From NCBI RefSeq assembly GCF_000341895.1, contig NC_020409.1:2340001-2372000 (forward strand): a stretch of 32,000 nucleotides of DNA. The letters run 5' to 3'. This stretch comes from Pseudodesulfovibrio piezophilus C1TLV30. Its GTDB lineage: Bacteria > Desulfobacterota > Desulfovibrionia > Desulfovibrionales > Desulfovibrionaceae. The number at the start of each line of letters is the position of its first letter. Positions within the stretch are counted from its first letter, which is position 1. Positions 9,339 to 18,143 of this stretch are shown here, in pieces. The notes under the pieces were generated by a model that was not told the DNA's origin, did no database searches, and saw nothing but the letters and a program-made list of their open reading frames with translations. A program made the translations under genes and the position numbers.

Positions 9339-10355
9339 ATGTTTCAGATGAAGATTCTTGTTACTGGTGCAGCCGGGTTTATCGGCTTTCACCTCTCAAA
9401 GCGGTTCACGGCAGCAGGGCATGAAGTCGTCGGTCTCGACAACTTGGACCCTTATTATGATATTAATTTGAAAAAAGCCCGTTTGGCGATCCTTGAAGAA
9501 AGTTCTTTGTTCAGACATGTGAACATCGATCTTCAGGATGATCAACCGATGAGCGATCTTTTCAAAGAAGAGAAGTTTACACATGTAGTTAATCTGGCTG
9601 CTCAGGCAGGGGTTCGCTACTCTATTGAGAATCCCAAGGCATACATCAATTCGAATATTGTCGGGTTTCTCAATGTGCTTGAAGGATGCAGACACAATGA
9701 GGTGAAGCATCTTGTGTATGCTTCCAGCAGCTCGGTATATGGTATGAACACAACCATGCCGCTGTCTCCTCATGAAGGTGTTGATCACCCCATGAGCCTC
9801 TACGCCGCGACCAAAAAGTCGAGCGAAATGATGGCTCACTCGTATAGCAACCTTTATGATCTTCCCACGACCGGACTGCGGTTTTTTACAGTCTACGGAC
9901 CGTGGGGCAGGCCTGATATGGCGCTTTACCTTTTTACCAAGAACATAATCGAAGAAAAACCGATCAATGTCTTTAACTATGGGAAAATGCGTCGGGACTT
10001 TACCTATGTTGATGATATTGTCGAAGGTATTGTTCGTGTCACCGGGAATATTGCCACTCCCAATCCGGAGTGGAATGGAGTAACGCACGATCCCTGTACC
10101 AGCTCTGTTCCTTACCGTGTCTATAATATTGGTAACAACAGCGTTGTGGAGCTTTCCCGTTATATTGAGGTGATAGAAGAAGTTGTCGGGAAAAAAGCCA
10201 TCTACAATTATATGCCAATGCAACCTGGGGATGTTCCGGCTACGGAAGCAGACGTAGAAGATCTTGTTCGCGACGTCGGTTTTAAGCCTGATACGACTGT
10301 CGAGGTTGGCATCAAAAACTTTGTGGACTGGTATCGGGATTATTACGGTAAATAG
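9339..10355 (+). CDS. NAD-dependent nucleotide-sugar epimerase (UDP-glucuronate 4-epimerase-like)
   Basis: Rossmann motif [16 protein letters not shown], catalytic YAATK (YxxxK), and [15 protein letters not shown], typical of the CapI/WbnF/LpsL group. The start may be the ATG at 9348. Confidence 0.85.
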   Translation: MFQMKILVTGAAGFIGFHLSKRFTAAGHEVVGLDNLDPYYDINLKKARLAILEESSLFRHVNIDLQDDQPMSDLFKEEKFTHVVNLAAQAGVRYSIENPKAYINSNIVGFLNVLEGCRHNEVKHLVYASSSSVYGMNTTMPLSPHEGVDHPMSLYAATKKSSEMMAHSYSNLYDLPTTGLRFFTVYGPWGRPDMALYLFTKNIIEEKPINVFNYGKMRRDFTYVDDIVEGIVRVTGNIATPNPEWNGVTHDPCTSSVPYRVYNIGNNSVVELSRYIEVIEEVVGKKAIYNYMPMQPGDVPATEADVEDLVRDVGFKPDTTVEVGIKNFVDWYRDYYGK

Positions 10356-10402
10356 GTGATCATCTGCGATTGATCTGATTTTGATCACGAGATATTCATG
10401 GG

Positions 10403-10440
10403 GAACGGAGCATAAATTTGCTTCGTTCTCTTCTTTTTTT
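10403..10440 (+). terminator. Intrinsic terminator of the epimerase gene
   Basis: Stem GAACGGAGCA (10403-10412) / TGCTTCGTTC (10419-10428) with one G-U pair and a 6-nt loop, followed by TCTTCTTTTTTT. Confidence 0.75.
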
Positions 10441-10510
10441 GCCCTTTTTTACGTATGTACCTTGCTATCAATTTCTTTTCAGCCTACGAACAGATGAACG
10501 CAATTGAAAA

Positions 10511-10526
10511 TGTTTCACGTGAAACA
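10511..10526. promoter_or_regulatory. parS centromere-like site 1
   Basis: Exact match to the 16-bp palindromic parS consensus TGTTTCACGTGAAACA, about 90 nt upstream of parA. Confidence 0.9.
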
Positions 10527-10545
10527 TTCTCATGAGAGTGGTGGA

Positions 10546-10561
10546 TGTTTCACGTGAAACA
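10546..10561. promoter_or_regulatory. parS centromere-like site 2
   Basis: Second exact TGTTTCACGTGAAACA, 35 bp centre-to-centre from site 1 and about 40 nt upstream of the parA start. Confidence 0.9.
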
Positions 10562-10602
10562 TTGTTGTGAACTTCATACTGATGTGAGCAAGTGAGGGTC
10601 CT

Positions 10603-11376
10603 GTGGCAAGAAGAATCGTAGTAGCAAATCAGAAGGGCGGCGTTGGAAAAACCACAACGTCTGTTAATCTGGCTGCGTCGTTGGCAGTGATGGAGAAAAA
10701 GGTGCTTCTGGTTGATTGTGATCCCCAGGGAAATGCTTCCAGCGGGTTGGGATTTTATCCGGGAGACAAACGAGAAAACATTTATACCGTTTTATTTGAA
10801 CCAAAAAACATCAAAAAAGCCATCTATGAAACAGATATTCCGTTTCTCGATATCCTGCCGGGGACACAGGATCTTGTAGGGGCTGAGATAGAATTGGTAG
10901 ATAAATTCGGGCGGGAATACTATATGCGTGATCTCGTGGAACACGCTGATGATGACTATGATTTTATTATTATCGATTGTCCGCCGTCCCTTGGGTTGTT
11001 GACAGTCAATGCGTTGTGTTCAGCGACGGAGTTATTGGTCCCTCTCCAGTGTGAGTATTACGCCCTGGAGGGTATTGCGCAGTTGCTCATGACCTACGAA
11101 CTCGTTCGTAAAAGGTTGAACACAAATCTGGAAATGCTCGGAGTGGTTCTGACCATGTACGATTCAAGGAATCGACTTTCCTGGCAGGTGAAGCATGAAG
11201 TGCGCAAAGCATTTCCTCAGCACCTGTTTGAAACCATCATCCCAAGGAATGTTCGCCTTTCAGAAGCGCCGAGTTTTGGCAAACCAGTAATCAATTATGA
11301 TATAAAGTCGAAGGGGGCAGAGGCATATTTGGCTCTGGCTCAAGAAGTGGTGACAAGCAGTACCGCGCAAAGTTGA
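10603..11376 (+). CDS. parA: Chromosome partitioning ATPase ParA/Soj
   Basis: GTG start preceded by GAGGG. Deviant Walker A box KGGVGKTTT. DCDPQGNAS and IIIDCPPSLG motifs. Confidence 0.92.
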   Translation: MARRIVVANQKGGVGKTTTSVNLAASLAVMEKKVLLVDCDPQGNASSGLGFYPGDKRENIYTVLFEPKNIKKAIYETDIPFLDILPGTQDLVGAEIELVDKFGREYYMRDLVEHADDDYDFIIIDCPPSLGLLTVNALCSATELLVPLQCEYYALEGIAQLLMTYELVRKRLNTNLEMLGVVLTMYDSRNRLSWQVKHEVRKAFPQHLFETIIPRNVRLSEAPSFGKPVINYDIKSKGAEAYLALAQEVVTSSTAQS

Positions 11377-11446
11377 TTGCCTGTGCTCAGAATATGATCA
11401 CCCCTGTTCTGAACAGAGGTGATCATGAAAATAATGGCCTTGAGTG

Positions 11447-11872
11447 TTAGTATCGGGCTTCTTTGCTCGAGTCTTTATCAGGTTGAAAAGGCGTGCATTC
11501 AACTTTGATCTCGTCCTTGAAATGTTTTTTCTGGATCTTTGAATGACAATTGGCACACCTGAAGGCGACAAGCCCGGCAAGGTTTGCTGAGGTGAGGTAG
11601 AATCGGCGGGGTTCATCTGCTGCCCAATCCAGAGTGTCGTTGCCGCAGTGTTCACAGTGAACATTGGTATCGACAGGATAGGAGAAGTCCCAATATTGCT
11701 TGAGAGTCTCCCAGTCGGAGAGAGGTTCCCTTGGGATATCTGATGTCGATTCTTCTTTGACACCAAGGGCGGAAAGGACCTCTTTTCTGACATGAGTCCA
11801 GGCTTCAGCAGTCAGAAGGGCACCTATCAGATTGCCGTCTTTGTCGAAAAGTTCATTAATGTGTTGTGACAT
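11447..11872 (-). CDS. Hypothetical zinc-ribbon protein
   Basis: ORF 11447..11932, trimmed to the ATG at 11872 (MSQHINELF...). Two CxxC pairs (CEHCGN, CANCHS). It lies between parA and parB on the opposite strand. No family recognised. Confidence 0.5.
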   Translation of the reverse strand: MSQHINELFDKDGNLIGALLTAEAWTHVRKEVLSALGVKEESTSDIPREPLSDWETLKQYWDFSYPVDTNVHCEHCGNDTLDWAADEPRRFYLTSANLAGLVAFRCANCHSKIQKKHFKDEIKVECTPFQPDKDSSKEARY

Positions 11873-11965
11873 ACACGCTCCGTGGGTTTTACTCGTTCGG
11901 GGTTTTATAAGCACTTCCACCAGCTTGGGCAAGGGTGCATATCATGAGAAAGAGGAGTGAGGTTT

Positions 11966-12886
11966 ATGGCAATGGGAAATAGAGGCCTTGGTCGTGGATT
12001 GGATGCGCTTTTGGGTGGTGTTCGTGAAGATGAGCAACAAACCTCGGATTCAGCTGAGGTTCGGTCCATTCCGCTTGAAGCTATTACACCGAACCCCTAC
12101 CAGCCAAGGCGGGAGTTTTCGGATGATGGGTTGAATGATCTCTGTGCTTCAATCAAGACACGGGGCGTTCTTCAGCCGATTCTCATCCGTCCTCTTGGTA
12201 ACGGGAAATACGAATTGGTTGCTGGAGAACGACGACTAAGGGCTTCTAAACTTGCTGGGTTGGCTGAAATTCCAACGCTTATTCGGGAAATGACAGACCA
12301 GGAAAGCCTTGCCATTGCTCTGATTGAAAATTTGCAGCGTGAAGATCTCAATTCAGTGGAAGAAGCGCTTGGCTATCAACAGTTGCAAAATCAGTTTGGT
12401 TTGAGCCAGGAAGAATTGGCCAGACAGGTCGGGAAAAGTCGATCTGCTGTAGCAAACTCATTACGACTGCTTAATTTGCCTGAGAAAGTGCAAAAGGGTA
12501 TCCAGCAGGGGAGTGTTTCTGCTGGGCATGGACGGGCCTTGATGGGGATAAGTGATCCTGAAATGCTGGATGAACTACATAAGCGCATCGTCGAAAATGG
12601 CTTGACTGTTCGACAGGCAGAAGCCCAGGTCTCATTTTGGAAACAGAATGGCAGATTGCCTGGAGCAGAAGAGGTTGGACAGAGTCAGGGGGCACCAAAA
12701 GAAAGTAAAGCAAGTGCCAAGGTCATTGATCCGCAGTTGGTTACATTGCAGTCCGCTTTTGCGACTGCGCTTGGGACAAAAGTTAAAGTTTCCGGTTCAA
12801 CGGGCAAAGGCAAGATTACATTGAGCTATGAAAGCGAAGAATCTTTGCGTTTACTGGCAAGCAAGCTTGGTGTCGAGGTAGAGTAA
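11966..12886 (+). CDS. parB: Chromosome partitioning protein ParB/Spo0J
   Basis: AGAGGAG Shine-Dalgarno 8 nt before the ATG at 11966. N-terminal GLGRGLDALL, ParB box VAGERRLRAS, and HTH LSQEELARQVGKSRSAVANSLRLL. Confidence 0.92.
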   Translation: MAMGNRGLGRGLDALLGGVREDEQQTSDSAEVRSIPLEAITPNPYQPRREFSDDGLNDLCASIKTRGVLQPILIRPLGNGKYELVAGERRLRASKLAGLAEIPTLIREMTDQESLAIALIENLQREDLNSVEEALGYQQLQNQFGLSQEELARQVGKSRSAVANSLRLLNLPEKVQKGIQQGSVSAGHGRALMGISDPEMLDELHKRIVENGLTVRQAEAQVSFWKQNGRLPGAEEVGQSQGAPKESKASAKVIDPQLVTLQSAFATALGTKVKVSGSTGKGKITLSYESEESLRLLASKLGVEVE

Positions 12887-13029
12887 GACCAGGCGGTAGG
12901 TTTGGTCTCTTTCTGAGAAAATCATAAGCAGATCGTGAGACAAGACTGTTTTGCATGAGAATATTTTCCCGATCTCAGCTTAACAGACAGACGTGAAATA
13001 TAAATCAGATAAAAGGTCGTTAGGTACAT

Positions 13030-14043
13030 ATGACTCTTGAAAAAATTCATTGCGCCATCGAAAGCCTGAAAGGGCACAAAGTCATGATCATTGGCGATCT
13101 CATGCTCGACCATTACATGATTGGTGGGGTCGATCGTATTTCTCCGGAAGCTCCTGTCCCTGTTGTGCGTGTGGAAAGTGAAACCTCGTTACTCGGAGGG
13201 GCTGGTAATGTCGCTCGAAATATAGCGTCCTTAGGCGGGGAAGCATTGCTCGTGGCGACAGTCGGACATGATGAAGCCGGGGATACGCTTGAAGAACTCT
13301 GCAATGAAGCACAATTGACTACAAAGCTCATTCGTGATCCATCAAGGCCAACTACGAAAAAAACAAGAATCATAGCGAGTAACCAGCAAGTTGTCCGCGT
13401 TGACCAGGAACTTGTCAGGCCACTACAGGATCGGGAATTCGAAGAACTCTTCAAATATCTGCAATCCATCATCAACGACTTTCCTGTCATTATTTTATCG
13501 GACTATGGGAAAGGCTTCATTTGTCGCGAGTTCATTGATCGGTTCATGGATATGATCAAGGAATGTGATCGGCGGCCTCTGGTTCTGGTAGATCCAAAAA
13601 CCGTGAATTACGACCTCTACAAAAACGTTGATCTGCTGACACCCAACACCAAGGAAGCTGGTGAGGGTGCGGGCATTCTCGTGGCTGATCGTGAAACGGT
13701 CATTCGTGCTGGTGAGGCTCTTTTTGAAAGACTTGATTGCAAAAATCTGCTCATCACCATGGGCGGAGATGGAATGGCTTTGTTTGAAGGAACAGAATCT
13801 ATTCGTCATATCCCGACCTTTGCACGAAAGGTTTTTGACGTGACAGGAGCAGGGGATACAGTGATAGCGACGATAGCTTTGGCTCTTTCCGCCGGTATGG
13901 ATCTTTTGACAGCCTGTACTTTGGCAAATTACGCTGCCGGAGTGGTGGTCGGTCAGGTCGGGGCTGCGACAGCATCCTCATCTGATTTGAATGATGCCGT
14001 GGATGAACTGCCGGAACCAGATGTCTCGATCTGGAAAGAATGA
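13030..14043 (+). CDS. hldA: D-glycero-beta-D-manno-heptose-7-phosphate kinase (RfaE domain I type, PfkB family), kinase-only
   Basis: VMIIGDLMLDHY, GGAGNVARN and DVTGAGDTV (PfkB ATP/anion-hole motif). At 337 aa it has no adenylyltransferase domain II, so it is the stand-alone kinase form. Confidence 0.8.
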   Translation: MTLEKIHCAIESLKGHKVMIIGDLMLDHYMIGGVDRISPEAPVPVVRVESETSLLGGAGNVARNIASLGGEALLVATVGHDEAGDTLEELCNEAQLTTKLIRDPSRPTTKKTRIIASNQQVVRVDQELVRPLQDREFEELFKYLQSIINDFPVIILSDYGKGFICREFIDRFMDMIKECDRRPLVLVDPKTVNYDLYKNVDLLTPNTKEAGEGAGILVADRETVIRAGEALFERLDCKNLLITMGGDGMALFEGTESIRHIPTFARKVFDVTGAGDTVIATIALALSAGMDLLTACTLANYAAGVVVGQVGAATASSSDLNDAVDELPEPDVSIWKE

Positions 14044-14137
14044 TGACCATTTGATGGTGAGCATACTACCCCATCTCCTGACAGTTGGCGTTCCACCTCA
14101 TGATCATAGAATTATTGCCTGAAGATTCGGAGCAGCC

Positions 14138-15460
14138 ATGGATATAAAGCAGAATACGATGCATTTTGATACAGAAATAATGTCACTTGGTCATGCCAAA
14201 ATTCCGACTCCTGTCCGCTATTCGCGGTTCGTCGACGAGTCTCAACCGCAGACTTTGATCATGACTTCAGAGGAACTGACTGAACTTGATCACGAAACAT
14301 GCATCATGGAATTCGAAAAGGCCGGTCCGAGAGAAAAGCTTTATTTTGACCCATCAAAAACCAAATGCGCCATTGTGACGTGTGGTGGGCTGTGCCCAGG
14401 GATTAATGATGTAATCAGGGCGATCGTCATCGAAGCCCATTATAACTATGGGATTCGAACTGTTCTGGGAATTCGTAATGGTTTGCGGGGCTTTATCCCG
14501 GAGTATGGCTATGATGTCATGGAGCTGACTCCACAAAGCGTTACCAATATACATCATTTTGGCGGGACAATTCTCGGGTCCTCACGCGGGGTACAAGATC
14601 CTGTCGCTATTGTAGACTCATTGGAACGACTCAACGTCAATATCCTCTTTACCATTGGTGGTGACGGGACTATGCGTGCAGCCAAGAAGATCGTGGAGGA
14701 GATTGACCGCAGGAAACGGAAAATAGCAGTCATCGGAGTCCCAAAAACAATCGACAATGATATCAATTTCATTACTCGGACATTTGGATTTGATACTGCT
14801 GTCGAAAAGGCGACAGAAGCGATTCAGTGTGCCCATGTTGAGGCAACGGGTGTTGATATGGGTATTGGCCTCGTGAAACTCATGGGCCGTGAAGCCGGAT
14901 TCATTGCCGCCCAGGCAACCTTGGCCTTGCAGGAAGTCAATTTCTTGTTGGTCCCTGAGCAGCCTTTTAGTCTCGAAGGTGAAAACGGTTTACTCAAAGC
15001 CATGGAACGGCGACTTCATGAACGAAGACATGCTCTTATCGTTTGTGCGGAAGGGGCAGGGCAGGATCTCATGGCCGACAAAACCGAAAGGGATGAGTCT
15101 GGGAATCCGAAACTCGGCGATATTTGCGGGCTGCTCATTGAACGCATTGGCAGACATTTCTCAAAAAAACATATTGAAACGACCCTTAAATTCATTGATC
15201 CAAGCTATATAATACGGTCCGTACCAGCAAATGCCGGTGATAGAGTTTACTGCGGGTTCCTCGGGCAACAAGCTGTACATGCGGCCATGAGTGGCAAAAC
15301 AGGGATGGTCGTCAGTCACCTCAAATCAAGCATGGTCCATTTACCATTGGACCTGGTGACATTGAAGCGGCGGTCGTTAAACACCAAATCCGACTACTGG
15401 AATACGGTTATGGAATCGACCGGACAGAAGAGCTATTTTTTTCCTATTGATGCCAGGTAG
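14138..15460 (+). CDS. pfkA: 6-phosphofructokinase, long form, predicted ATP-dependent
   Basis: CGGLCPGINDVIRA, TIGGDGT, PKTIDNDI and MGREAGFIA motifs. GGDG rather than GGDD in the phosphoryl-donor motif is the established indicator of ATP dependence over PPi dependence. Confidence 0.85.
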   Translation: MDIKQNTMHFDTEIMSLGHAKIPTPVRYSRFVDESQPQTLIMTSEELTELDHETCIMEFEKAGPREKLYFDPSKTKCAIVTCGGLCPGINDVIRAIVIEAHYNYGIRTVLGIRNGLRGFIPEYGYDVMELTPQSVTNIHHFGGTILGSSRGVQDPVAIVDSLERLNVNILFTIGGDGTMRAAKKIVEEIDRRKRKIAVIGVPKTIDNDINFITRTFGFDTAVEKATEAIQCAHVEATGVDMGIGLVKLMGREAGFIAAQATLALQEVNFLLVPEQPFSLEGENGLLKAMERRLHERRHALIVCAEGAGQDLMADKTERDESGNPKLGDICGLLIERIGRHFSKKHIETTLKFIDPSYIIRSVPANAGDRVYCGFLGQQAVHAAMSGKTGMVVSHLKSSMVHLPLDLVTLKRRSLNTKSDYWNTVMESTGQKSYFFPIDAR

Positions 15461-15470
15461 GGAATAAAAA

Positions 15471-15498
15471 AGGGAACCATTTGGTTCCCTTTTCTTTC
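15471..15498. terminator. Bidirectional intrinsic terminator between convergent pfk and the 15518-15922 gene
   Basis: AGGGAACCA (15471-15479) / TGGTTCCCT (15482-15490) hairpin, flanked by AATAAAAA upstream and TTTCTTTC downstream. Confidence 0.7.
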
Positions 15499-15517
15499 AT
15501 GTCGATGAAAAAGTTTG

Positions 15518-15922
15518 TTATTCATTCGCAGCAAGTCGGCGACGTACCTGTTCGTTGACTTGCCGACTGACACTTTCTTTCTCGGATTCCAGCGCAATGG
15601 CTAACAACTCGAAGAGATCATCATAAGAGAATTCCAGAGAGAGGCTGCCATTGGAAGCGATGCAACTTTCTTCCTGCTCTTCAATCTTGTAGGCGCGGCG
15701 TTCACGAGCATGACCGATTGCGGAAATGATCCCATATGCAAGCTTGCCGTTCTCTTCACGGTAGAGCTTCTCCATGGTTAGCATTCCCGACTTGTCGTCA
15801 AAATACATTTCTTCCCCGATGAGTTGTCCACTCACCGTCATATCTTCCCCGAAATCATTGGGCAGATTGACATTGAGGACGGGGTCTGTACCGTTGCCTC
15901 CGCCTACCATCTTTTTCGACAT
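15518..15922 (-). CDS. Hypothetical acidic protein (134 aa)
   Basis: ORF sits 11 nt downstream of the HTH gene on the same strand, so an operon is likely. No recognisable motif, signal peptide or TM segment. Confidence 0.55.
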   Translation of the reverse strand: MSKKMVGGGNGTDPVLNVNLPNDFGEDMTVSGQLIGEEMYFDDKSGMLTMEKLYREENGKLAYGIISAIGHARERRAYKIEEQEESCIASNGSLSLEFSYDDLFELLAIALESEKESVSRQVNEQVRRRLAANE

Positions 15923-15933
15923 GTTTGCGCTCC

Positions 15934-16224
15934 TTATTCCAAAGGAAGTTTATATTGTTGTGGACCTGATTTTCCCGTGTCCCGAGAAACAGCATCCTGC
16001 CAACCTGAATTTATGAAGTCCAATAACGCTTGTTCTGGAACGCGCCATTGGCTGCCGATCTTTATGGCCCTAATACTCCCGCCAGTGATGAGCCTGTACG
16101 CAGTCCTTTGGTGGACCCGCAGCAGTTCAGCCACTTCGCGCACGGTTAATAACGTGGGGGGCGTAGAAATATCTTTTCTGTCCATAATTTCATAAGCAGT
16201 CTTACATTGATCAACCTTTGACAT
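15934..16224 (-). CDS. Excisionase-family (MerR-superfamily) helix-turn-helix DNA-binding protein
   Basis: LLTVREVAELLRVHQRTAYRLITGGSIRAIKIGSQWRVPEQALLDFI is a textbook excisionase-type HTH_17 motif. The start may be Met14. Confidence 0.75.
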   Translation of the reverse strand: MSKVDQCKTAYEIMDRKDISTPPTLLTVREVAELLRVHQRTAYRLITGGSIRAIKIGSQWRVPEQALLDFINSGWQDAVSRDTGKSGPQQYKLPLE

Positions 16225-16628
16225 AAGCAGTCACTGATTGTCAACAAAGTACAACGTTGTCCTACAGAGTCTAGACATTTTCTATATGTGACATCTTACA
16301 AAACCATTACAAGAGGTTGTTGTTCGTTAGAGAATTGTATATCAGATTTTGCTCTGAAAAATAACGGTGAAAAGAGGCATTTTTTTATTTTTAAGAGTGA
16401 GAAAATCACTCAATGAGTCTAGGAAAAGTCAAAGGAATGTCTCAATGAAATGGGCAAAAAATAGTGGAAATAGGGGATCTGAGGCTTCTTAGTGCAGTGT
16501 GAAGGGAGGAAATCAAAAAAGGATGACAAAGGGAAAGAAGGAAGTATGAAAGAGTGAAAAAAATAAGTTCTGATATACAAGCTCTTAAGCGAGATACAAA
16601 CCTTGAAGTTTCTTGAAGGACGTTAAAG

Positions 16629-17093
16629 TCAGGGATTTGTCAAGACCATGAAAGAGAAGAGAGGGTGTGGAAAGGGATGAGGGGGAACAGGGTCTTCTTC
16701 AATTACATCGCAGAGAATCATAACGAGTTCGGTCTGGTCGTGCTCCAAATGGGTGATTATTTGCTGCATGATTCTTTCGAAATAGCTTCGGTCATTGATC
16801 GAAAGCCCCTTATTGGCGGTTTTCATTAAATCAGAGAGGGCGTTTTCAACCTTGATTTGCAGGGTTTGTCCGGTTGATGTCAGCCTGATAAGGTGTTGCC
16901 GTTTATCATCGGGCTTCAAAGTCCGAAAGATCAAGCCACCTCTTTCCATTCTTTTCAGGGTATTGGAAAGGGTTGCCTGTTCCACCAAAATCTGCTCAGG
17001 CAATTCTTTTTGAGTGATGTTGTCGGTCAGCCAGAGTTGCCTCAGTATCGAGAGATAGCCTGGGTGGACATTGTACACCAGACGCATGGCCAA
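16629..17093 (-). CDS. MarR-family transcriptional regulator
   Basis: Winged-HTH core ITQKELPEQILVEQATLSNTLKRMERGGLIFR...DDKRQHLIRLTSTG. Divergent from the deacetylase gene. Confidence 0.85.
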   Translation of the reverse strand: MAMRLVYNVHPGYLSILRQLWLTDNITQKELPEQILVEQATLSNTLKRMERGGLIFRTLKPDDKRQHLIRLTSTGQTLQIKVENALSDLMKTANKGLSINDRSYFERIMQQIITHLEHDQTELVMILCDVIEEDPVPPHPFPHPLFSFMVLTNP

Positions 17094-17282
17094 ACTTTTT
17101 GTAAAAAGGCGCTGTAATTGCGAAAGTCGCAGAAAGAAAGGGTCGGTATTATCTGTATGAATACTATATTGAATGATGAAAGCGAATAGTGTTCATTCAT
17201 GGAACGCTATGGAATGGGCGTGAGCCTGTCAGTATCAGAGCTGTGCCTTTACGTTGGTATTGGGACGCGATACCATGTTTCC

Positions 17283-18143
17283 ATGAAAATTATAGTGAAT
17301 GGTGATGATGCCGGGCTTCATCCAGCGGTGAATCGGGCTTTGAAAGCGTTAGTGGAAAGAAAAATAATGACCTCGGCATCTCTCACCGGAAATGGTGAAG
17401 CTGTTGAGGAAGCAGCAGAAATAAGGGATATAAGCCTCGGGGTACATCTTGATATCATACGGGGACGACCTGTTCATGATTGGCAGAAGATTCGTTCCCT
17501 TGTTGATGAAAACGGTGCTTTTCTGGGGAGTTCTACTGCTCTCTTTTCCCTGTATGCAGAAGGTCGACTTGAACATGAGCATGTGGAGCGGGAATGGAGA
17601 TCGCAGATTGAAAGAATTCTCGCCCTTGGTGTGCAACCATCACATCTAACCAGTCATGACCATGTGCATGCATGGCCGACATTGACCCGAATGATTGGTG
17701 AGCTTGCCTGTGAATACGGTATAAAATGGGTTAGAAAGCCTGTGGAGTGTGCCGAGATATCACTGTTGGGCAAGCGGCAGGGCCAAACAAAATTCATGAA
17801 TGTCTGCGGGATGTTTGACAGGGAGACAGATGGAGTGAACTGGACAGATGTCTTCTGGGAATTCCCGGAGGAGAGATTGAAAAACACACCGGCCGCTTTC
17901 GTTGCTTTTTTGAAAAAAGCTGGTGTTGGCAAAGGTGCGCCAGTGGTTGAAATAGGGTGTCGCCCTGGGAGTATCCAAGGGGGGGACCCCGTTATTCAGA
18001 AACAATATAAACCAATTCATATCGCTGCTGTCTGGCGGGAAACACTGGCCTCTTTCACTGAAAATAATTGGCTGGATACCTTTCAGTCACTTGGATTGAC
18101 CTTGACAGGTTACGATTGCCTGGAAATGGAAAAAACAGAATAA
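17283..18143 (+). CDS. ChbG/YdjC/HpnK-family carbohydrate deacetylase
   Basis: ORF 17199..18143. Family members begin MK.IVN.DD.G, and MKIIVNGDDAGLHPAVNRA starts at 17283. An HLD motif follows. No clear Shine-Dalgarno, so the start is uncertain (17199 and 17214 are alternatives). Confidence 0.7.
   Translation: MKIIVNGDDAGLHPAVNRALKALVERKIMTSASLTGNGEAVEEAAEIRDISLGVHLDIIRGRPVHDWQKIRSLVDENGAFLGSSTALFSLYAEGRLEHEHVEREWRSQIERILALGVQPSHLTSHDHVHAWPTLTRMIGELACEYGIKWVRKPVECAEISLLGKRQGQTKFMNVCGMFDRETDGVNWTDVFWEFPEERLKNTPAAFVAFLKKAGVGKGAPVVEIGCRPGSIQGGDPVIQKQYKPIHIAAVWRETLASFTENNWLDTFQSLGLTLTGYDCLEMEKTE

Noticed and set aside
9396-10388. 330-aa minus-strand ORF spanning almost the entire epimerase gene
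   Set aside because: The plus-strand frame has unmistakable SDR epimerase motifs (GAAGFIG, YAATK). The antisense translation is low-complexity (Ile/Phe/Arg-rich) with no motifs, so it is a shadow ORF.
11398-11793. 131-aa minus-strand ORF overlapping the zinc-ribbon ORF in another frame
   Set aside because: The alternative frame (11447-11872) has paired CxxC motifs and a more protein-like composition, and only one of the two can be real.
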